Made by a program: the position numbers and the translations under genes | Notes under the pieces: model-generated | Told to the model about the DNA's origin: nothing | The model's input: the letters and a program-made list of their open reading frames with translations, nothing else | Databases searched by the model: none | Source of the DNA: Eledone cirrhosa | Taxonomy: Eukaryota | Direction: 5' to 3' | DNA: 64,000 bases | Assembly (NCBI GenBank): GCA_964016885.1 | Contig: OZ024762.1 | Span: forward strand, 23,498,001 to 23,562,000 | Part shown: positions 54,721 to 64,000 of the stretch, piece by piece | Layout: every line of letters starts with the position of its first letter | How positions within the stretch are numbered: the stretch's first letter is position 1

Positions 54721-55431
54721 CAATTCGTTTTTGAATTTGTTTTCCGAAATTTCTTATCTGAGAACGTGTGTTGAAATAGATATTATTATACTTTGGGAGG
54801 GCCATGTTGCCAATAAAAACACACGCACCTGTTGATAATGAATTTCCGGTTGGTTGTTAGGTTCGTTAACCGGAAGGTTGTTTATATATTTTCAGAGCTC
54901 TTTCGTCACATATTCTGTGATTTCCTCAGTGACTAACCGGAAATGTATAATAAATTGAAGTGAAAAGCAACAGGTGCGTGTGTTTTTATTGGCAACATGA
55001 CCCTCCCAAAGTATAACAAATATATATATATATAGTATGTGATTCAGTGTAATACTGGTGGTGGTTTCAATATGAACACACGATGCACAGTTTCGTACAC
55101 AGATATTTATGTTTTCAATGTTTATCGATCTGTGACGTGCGTTTCGCAGATGTTTGGCTCAATGTCACCTACGGAAGCTATAGATCTGACTTCATTATTG
55201 ATCTGTTCGTCTGACTGTTTTATTTTTTTATCACCAATGTTATGAGCAAATCGATAATGGAGTCAGGTAGCTGTGAAAAGTATGTAACAGGTCGATAATC
55301 AATAAAATCATGTAAACAAGACTTCATTGGTCTTCTTCATATAAACAGGTTGTCAAAAAAAATGTATACAAACTTTAAATTAGAATACAGTTGGAGTGTG
55401 TATACATTTTTGCCGGACACTAACCTCGGTG

Positions 55432-55553
55432 GTACTACTACAACAACTACTACTGCTGCTACTACTACTACTCCTACTACTACTACCACTACTGCTGCTG
55501 CTGCTGCTGCTGCTGCACCTTCAACTACTACTACTACCACTACTATACCTGCA

Positions 55554-55586
<33 letters not shown>

Positions 55587-55588
55587 GT

Positions 55589-55637
<49 letters not shown>

Positions 55638-57220
55638 CTGCTGCTGCTACTACGCCTTCAACTACTACTACTACCACTACTATACCTGCAACTACTACTA
55701 CTACCACTACTATACCTGCAACTACTACTGCTACTTCTACTACACCTGCTGCTATTTTGCTCCTGCTATTACTACTGCTGCTGGTACTACTACTATTAAT
55801 GCAACTACTACTACTACTACTACTAGCAAAACTACTACTACTAGTACTACAACTTTTATTACTACAACCACAACCATTGCCACCACTACCATCAGCACTA
55901 AGTTTGTGTACTTCTTTGCTGGTATCCCTCCTCCAACACCACCACCACAACCACCTCCACCACCACCACCAAAGTCAACACCAACACCACTACTACCACC
56001 ACTACTACCACCACCAACACCACCACCACCAACACCGGCACCATCGCCATCACCACCACCAAAGCCAACACCAACACCTGCACCAACTCCACTACTACTA
56101 CCACCACTACTACCACCACCAACACACCACCACCAATACACCACCAACACACCACCAACACCATCACCACCGCCACCAACACACCACCAACACCAGCACC
56201 ACCGCCACCAACACACCACCAACTCCACCAACACCAGCACCACCGCCACCAACACACCACCAACACCACCAACACCAACACCACCAACACACCACCAACA
56301 CCACCAACACCATCACCACCGCCACCAACACACCACCGACACCACCGCCACCAACACACCACCAACACCAGCACCACCGCCACCAACACACCACCAACTC
56401 CACCAACACCAGCACCACCGCCACCAACACACCACCAACACCACCAGCACCACCACCACCAACACCAACACCACCAACACACCACCAACACCACCAACAC
56501 CAACACCACCGCCACCAACACACCACCAACACACCACCACCAACACAGACGCTACCAACACCACCGCCACCAACACCACCACCAAACACCACCAACACCA
56601 GCACCACCGCCACCAACACACCACCAACTCCACCAACACCAGCACCACCGCCACCAACACACCACCAACACCACCAGCACCACCACCACCAACACCAACA
56701 CCACCAACACACCACCAACACCACCAACACCAACACCACCACCACCAACACACCACCAACTCCACCAACACCAGCACCACCGCCACCAACACACCACCAA
56801 CACCACCACCACCACCACCACCAACACCAACACCACCAACACACCACCAACACCACCAACACCAACACCACCGCCACCAACACACCACCGCCACCAACAC
56901 CACCGCCACAAACACCACCACCAAACACCACCAACACCAGCACCACCGCCACCAACACACCACCAACACACCACCACCAACACAACCGCTACCAACACCA
57001 CCGCCACCAACACCACCGCCACTAAACACCACCAACACCAGCACCACCGCCACCAACACACCACCAACACACCACCACCAACACAACCGCTACCAACACC
57101 ACCGCTACCAACACCACCGCCACCAAACACCACCAACACCAGCACCACCGCCACCAACACACCACCAAACACCACCAACACCAGCACCACCGCCACCAAC
57201 ACACCACCACCACCACCACC
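55432..57220. repeat. (ACT)n/(ACC)n-derived low-complexity tract
   Basis: Degenerate trinucleotide repeats, open in several frames on both strands. Confidence 0.95.
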
Positions 57221-57384
57221 TCACAAATACTTTAGGTCTCCGTGTTTCGCGCCCAACCCAAACTCGTCGGCGAAATAAACAAATAAGAAAGTTTTCTACA
57301 TTGTTAAGCTATTAGGACGGGTCGTTGGCAGGGATTGGCTGGAAAAGACTGTGCCAAGTTGGTCTTTTAGATAGAGGGTAGTGG

Positions 57385-57878
57385 GGATGGTGGGAGAGAG
57401 AGATGGAGAGAGAGGGATGGGGAGAATATAGTGAGGTAGATGTATGTATGTATGTATATATAGATATATATGTATATATATATGTATATATATGAGAGAG
57501 AGAGAGATGGGGAGAATATAGTGAGGTAGGTGTATGTATGTATATATATATATGTATATATATGAGAGAGAGAGAGATGGAGAGAGAGAGACAGAGAGAG
57601 GGGACAAATATAGTGAGGTAGATGTATGTATGTATATTTATATATATATATGTATATATATGAGAGAGAGAGAGATGGAGAGAGGGGACAAATATAGTGA
57701 GGTAGATGTATGTATGTATATTTATATATATATATGTATATATATGAGAGAGAGAGAGACAGAGAGAGGGGACAAATATAGTGAGGTAGATGTATGTATG
57801 TATATTTATATATGTATATATGTATATATGAGAGAGGGATGGGGAGAATATAGTGAGTTAGGTGTATATAGGTATGTG

Positions 57879-57921
<43 letters not shown>

Positions 57922-58081
57922 AAAAGAGAGACAGGTAGATATGTGTGTATATATATATGTGTGTGTGTGAGAGAGAGAGAGAGAGATATGGGTCAATAGA
58001 AACATATGAGGGAGAGAGTGGAGTTGCTATATATATATGTGTGTGTGTGTATGTGTGTGTGTTTGTATATGTGTGTATATC

Positions 58082-58142
<61 letters not shown>

Positions 58143-58229
58143 GAGATGCGACAATAGAAACATATGAGGGAGAGAGTGGAGTTGCTATATATATATATGT
58201 GTGTGTGTGTTTGTGTATGTGTGTATATC

Positions 58230-58297
<68 letters not shown>

Positions 58298-58371
58298 GAC
58301 AATAGAAACATATGAGGGAGAGAGTGGAGTTGCTATATATATATGTGTGTGTTTGTGTATGTGTGTATATC

Positions 58372-58457
<86 letters not shown>
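57385..58457. repeat. Compound minisatellites: short unique anchors alternating with (TA)/(GT)/(GA) runs
   Basis: GGGGA(G/C)AAATATAGTGAGGTAG-like anchor ~6 times; CAATAGAAACATATGAGGGAGAGAGTGGAGTTGCTATA 3 times. Confidence 0.85.
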
Positions 58458-58459
<2 letters not shown>

Positions 58460-58589
58460 TGTGGAAAGAAGATTCCAGCATTCCTGAAAATATTGATAGT
58501 CAGGCTAGAGAGAGACACGACGTTAATGAAATTAGATCAGAAACAGAATTAGAAATCTATAGCCATTGATTAGTTGATACCTATCACTG

Positions 58590-58633
<44 letters not shown>

Positions 58634-59825
58634 CACACACACGCACATACACACGCACACACACACATACACGCACATACACACACACACACGCACATAC
58701 ACACACACACACACACACATACACACACACACACGCGCACACACACACACATACACACACACGCACATACACACACACACACGCACACACACACACGCAC
58801 ATACACACACACGCGCACATACACACACACACACGCACATACACACACACACACACACACACATACACACACACACACGCGCACACACACACACACATAC
58901 ACACACACGCACATACACACACACACACGCACGCACACACACACACACGCGCACACGCACATACACACACACACACATACACACACACGCACACACATGC
59001 ACACACACGCACACGCACACACGCACTCACACACACACACACTGACATACACACATACGCACATACACACACACATACATGTACACATACAGACACACCA
59101 CATACACACACACATACACACACACATACACACACACATACACACACATACACACACATACACAGACACACACATGCACACACACACGCTCCATACACAC
59201 ACACACACACAGATACACACACCCACACATACACGCTGCGCGACATCTAGGGTATGTTTCTTCTACTATTGTCTCGTGTTGTTTATTAATGCTTTGTGAA
59301 GGAATATGGTAGACAGGGACCGCATAAGTCCTTCATATATATGTGTGTGTGTTTGTGTGTGAGTTTGTGTGTGTTTTTGAGTGTGTGTGTTTGTGTGTGA
59401 GTTTGTGTGTGTGTGTCTGTGAGTGTGCGTGTTTGTGTGTAAGTTTTTGTCTGTTTGTGAGTGTGTGTGTTTGTGTGTGTCTGTGAGTGTGTGTGTTTGT
59501 GTGTGAGTTTGTGTGTGTGTGTGTTTGTGAATGTGTGAGTTTGTGTGTGTCTGTGAGTGAGTGTGTGTCTGTGAGTGCGTGTGTGTCTGTGTGTGTGTGT
59601 AGTTTGTGTGTATATCTGTATGTATGAGTGTGTGTGCGAAAGGTAAACGTAAAAAAATTCACCAGACGATAAACTTCGATGAAAATATATATATTAGTTT
59701 TATGCTTCATATAGTGGGAAGTCTTAACGTTTCGGGCCCTTATATATATATATATAATCAAAGTTTAGCAAATAAGAAAAAGTTTTAAAATAAATTTTAA
59801 AAAGTTCACTGTACTTACTATAATT

Positions 59826-59909
59826 ACCCTTGCCGCGCGGTTTCAAATCTCAAAATAAATGGATAATCCATGCGAAAATCCATTGAGAAGGAGACTTTCG
59901 TCAGAGGGT
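59826..59909 (-). ncRNA. Hammerhead-like motif with extended stem II (U16.1 reads C)
   Basis: ACCCT-CTGACGA-AAGTCTC..AATGGAT[..]ATCCATT..GAGATTT-GAAA-CCGCGCGG-CA-AGGGT. Confidence 0.7.
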
Positions 59910-60715
59910 TCTTCTCACTCGGAGAATATAAACTTCCCGAGTTCAAATCACGAACTGGCGCCATACAGAACTGTTCCAGGATGAGAGTGTATGATAAAGA
60001 ATGTATGATAAAGAAACAATCTTGTCTAGTGCCGTGTGTAAAGATAGAAGGCAGGGGCGGAAAGGTCAAAGTCCTGCCACTATTAAATAGCAGCAGTTAA
60101 AACTACCTAAATGTTATCTCGACCTTAGGGGCGATTAATAATAATAAAGTATGTTTCCCTACATGCAAAATGCATATAGGGACACATGTATTGTCCAACC
60201 ATATGCCAATGTGGTTCTATGGCAGGTTAATAAATTAACGAGCCAGAACATATATAATCAAGGTTTAGCAAATAAGAAAAAGATTTAAAATAAATATATA
60301 TATATATATAATTAGAAACTGAACAGCACAATATATAACTACTCCATTACCAACGGTTTCAGGATCTCTGTCTAATGAACGATCCAGATGTATATTAATA
60401 TTGTCTGAAACATTTGGTAATGTAGTTGTTATATATTGTGCTGTTCACTCTCTAATTAAATAGCTCTGTTCTATACATAGATCACTCTTTTTCCTTTGCT
60501 TTTTCTTCGGAATTATCTAACACATATATATATATAAGTATTAAATTGTTAAAGAATATTCGATGATTATGTCAAAGAATGATTTTTACAGTAGATTGGA
60601 AGCACTCAACGGTAAAATAAGTTTCAGGAGTTATTAATATAAGTATTAATAAAATAGATTACCTTGATTAAATCTTAACCATTTAAAATCTCAGGGTATG
60701 TCATGTATCATTATA

Positions 60716-60765
60716 TTTTGTCTGATGAGGACATACTGTTGTACATCCGAAATATGTATAATAAA
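60716..60765 (+). ncRNA. Type I hammerhead motif (family C relative; another at 62775-62833)
   Basis: CTGATGA-GGA-CA-TAC[TGTT]GTA-CA-TCC-GAAA-TATG-TA. Confidence 0.7.
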
Positions 60766-61109
60766 TGGTAATTGATCAAAAGAACATCTATTTTATTAAT
60801 ACTTATATATATATTCAGGAACGATCGACTTTCGTCAAATCGGACCGAGGGAACAATGTTTCCGTTGGTCTTTCCAATTGCTAATACTATCTATCGGTCG
60901 CAACTCCAGGTAGAAGGAGCAACGTGAAATAAAGTGTCTTGCTCAAGGACATAACGCATCGCCTGGTCCAGGAATCGAACTCACAACCTTACGATTGCGA
61001 ATCCAATTCCCTAACCACTCAGCCACACGCCTTCACTTTTGTTTCTCTGAAACAAAATGGCGTAGGATAGAAGAAAGGAAAGGCACAGAAACAAAGAAAG
61101 GAATCCCCA

Positions 61110-61152
61110 GTCACTGAAGAGGTCACAGAGTGTGTGACGAAAGGACTATGAC
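61110..61152 (+). ncRNA. Type I hammerhead motif of pseudo-LTR family A (also ~10773-10815 -, ~16948-16992 -, ~35977-36019 +, ~54891-54933 -)
   Basis: GTCA-CTGAAGA-G-GTCACA[GAGTG]TGTGAC-GAAA-GGAC-TA-TGAC. Confidence 0.75.
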
Positions 61153-61373
61153 TATATATAAACAACTATCTGGTTGTGGAACCAACCAACCAACCAGAAA
61201 TTTATAAGTTTGTAGATTTGTAAATTTATAAATTTATAAATATATAATAAATTGAAGTGAAAGCAACTGGTGCGTGTGTTTCTTATTGGCAACATGACCC
61301 TCCCAAAGTATAACAATATCGGTTTCAACACACGATTTCAGATAAAGAATCTTGCTAAACAAATTCAGAAACG

Positions 61374-61467
<94 letters not shown>

Positions 61468-61484
61468 TATTATTATTATTATTA

Positions 61485-62089
61485 TTAGGTTATGCAAGAA
61501 ATGCTTAGGATTATCCTGGATGCATTAATGGTTAATTACTACACTGGATAGAGTTGACGTACGGTGAGGGGTTACTCAGCGAGTTGTGGAAGAATAGTTG
61601 AAGAAACTTATTTCTTGATCCTTCTGTATTCCGGAGTGTAGATAAAGAATGAATAATAACAGGTAGACATCATAAAAAGGTAATTTATTCCGTGTGCTTA
61701 CAAATGTTTCCACGGTGGTTATACAGCCTAGTTATGCTATGTGTAAATTTATAACTATTTGCAAAACTCAGTAATCAAATGCTGTTACCACTGTATCATC
61801 AGAGCAGAATGGTTAAAATGTAAGGGAAGTTATTGGGGAAGATAGAGTAGAAAAGGAAGAGAAAAAGAAGGGGGAGGGAGAGAAAGAGAGAGATATGCAG
61901 GGGTTGGAGAAATGGGAGAGAGTGGTTTGTAGAATACAGATATCTTAATCAAAATGTTGTGGTAGGGGTTTTATTATACTGGTTACTCTTAAAGCGACAA
62001 CCTTAAGCGATGCGTTGATAGTCAAGGTTGGAATTATTTATTGCCACAGAGGGCAGGTTCATAGATGTGGAGAGGGAGGTAGGTGGACT

Positions 62090-62156
<67 letters not shown>

Positions 62157-62740
62157 TGGAATGGAGAGAGAAGAAGAAATAGAGATAGAGAGGGGACAGA
62201 CGAAAGCGATGGGATGGGTGTACATTGAGTCATAGTTGTAGGCTACAAATTGCACTTAAGTATCCATTTATAGTGATAAGCAGGGTATTGTCTTGTAGTG
62301 TGGGGGAATAGAAAGTGGTTAGCGAGAAAGCAATGTTATAGTTACGGGTTCGAATGTTAAGTTATTTTATAGTGAGAGAATTTAGCCTTCAGTTTGTGGT
62401 TGCAGTATAATGATCGTTCGATTCTATCATTTAGTAATTTATTTTTGGATTTTAAGATGTAAAAGAGTTCAAGGTTACATAACCTACAGTACTTCAATCC
62501 ACTCCGATATGCACTAGCGCTGGAAAGTATATCCCATTTCAAGGTGAACTGTTGGTTGCGTTCACGGAGTTGCCAGGTGGCGAGCGTGGTCACAAAACGG
62601 TGATTAGGATGTTTAATTGAGAATCGATGACGATACCAGCGAGATTTAAAGGAGGTAGTGGTAGACCCGATGTAATACCATTTCTGGTAGTTCGATTCAA
62701 CATGCATTGATAAACAATGTTGGACTTTAGGCATTTATTC
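61485..62740 (-). mobile_element. 5'-truncated PLE: GIY-YIG C-terminus (62357-62734), 3' UTR and pseudo-LTR
   Basis: WYYIGSTTTSFKSRWYRH...CRLCNLE...LLN...CNH; homologous to the end of the 14950-16345 product. Confidence 0.88.
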
Positions 62741-62975
62741 AAGAATAAATGCCTAACAACAAACAAACTTTGTATTTTATCTGATGAAAGAGTACCAATA
62801 TGTCTTGGTACCCTTGAAATATATATAATAAAATAAATATGGTTTTATAAATATAGTTTCCATTAATTTAATATCATTAAATATTTACTCCAGTAAATTG
62901 TTGGGTGCTCTAAATCAGTTATAAACATTTATATTTGTCGGACTTCCAACAAATTAAATACCCCTTCTACTTATA

Positions 62976-63041
<66 letters not shown>

Positions 63042-63129
63042 GGAAAAAATGAAACGATATTTCATTTCCCACTCTTAGTACGGCAGGAAGGTATACGTCG
63101 GTATACATATATGTATGTACGTGTACATA

Positions 63130-63184
<55 letters not shown>

Positions 63185-63713
63185 ATATATTTATAATATA
63201 TAGATATAATATATGTATATATAATATAATATATGTAGGAGGTGAGTTTTATTGTAGCACAATAAAGCAATGCAAATATCGGATAAGTAGCACTCAACAG
63301 TTTATAGGACTGGAGTATAAATAATATAAAATCAAAAGATGGTTAAAAGAGTTCCATGTATTTTATTATGCGAATTTCAAAATCAAATATCATCATGGGA
63401 CGATATTTGCGTTCTCATCAGATAAAATAGGGAGAAATGATATGAAGCTTAAAAAACACTTGCGAGCAGTGAATATGTTCATTTAACACTTCACTGCTCG
63501 CAAGTTTTTTTAAACTTCATATCATGTCTCCCTATTTTATCTGTTGAGAACGCAAATATCATTCCATGATGATATTTGTTTTTGAAATGAGCATAATAAA
63601 ATACATGGAACTCTTTTAACCATCTTTTGATTTTATATTATAATATAATATATATATATATATATATAATATATATATATATAATATAATATATATATAT
63701 ATAATATATACAT

Positions 63714-63796
<83 letters not shown>

Positions 63797-63904
63797 TAAT
63801 ATTTATATATATAATATATATATATATATATAATATATATATATATAATATATATTATATATATATATATTATATATATATTATATATATATATATATAA
63901 TATA

Positions 63905-64000
63905 CGAGGTGTGTCAGAAAAGATTTATTTCAAACCCAAACTTCACACTATGAGTTTTCTCCTTCAAAGTAATCCCCCTGGAGTATGTAACTGTAATCTT
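63905..64000 (+). mobile_element. 5' end of a second copy of the same mariner, truncated by the window end
   Basis: TA|CGAGGTGTGTCAGAAAAGATTTATTTCAAACCC...CTGGAGTATGTAACTGTAAT; ~23-bp deletion inside the TIR. Confidence 0.9.

Noticed and set aside
55396-57315. 639-aa and overlapping Pro/Thr/His-rich ORFs (mucin- or extensin-like)
   Set aside because: Trinucleotide low-complexity DNA open in several frames on both strands; no domain or splice support
60960-61035. tRNA gene-like sequence with A and B boxes (also 39735-39805)
   Set aside because: No convincing cloverleaf; continues into a SINE core and occurs as diverged copies

Overview
Repeat-saturated, AT-rich eukaryotic genomic DNA, most likely from an octopod cephalopod (inferred from the dominant tRNA-derived SINE family). 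I found no supportable intact host gene; almost all ORFs in the track are microsatellite translations. The window holds micro- and minisatellites, tRNA-derived SINEs, 3' fragments of CR1-, RTE- and R4/Dong-like LINEs, a decayed full-length mariner, and four Penelope-like element (PLE) coding remnants. It also holds a dense set of short PLE pseudo-LTR fragments sitting in (TA)n tracts, many as fold-back inverted repeats. More than ten of these fragments, from different families, contain readable type I hammerhead ribozyme motifs. The most striking signal is a ~100-nt RNA motif found in four divergent complete copies plus two partial ones, inside ~500-540-bp non-coding retrozyme-like units. It carries all hammerhead core nucleotides in a scrambled (non-circularly permuted) order, held by six helices with compensatory changes, two pseudoknots and a box C/D-type kink-turn. 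All folds were read by eye; catalytic activity is inferred, not shown.
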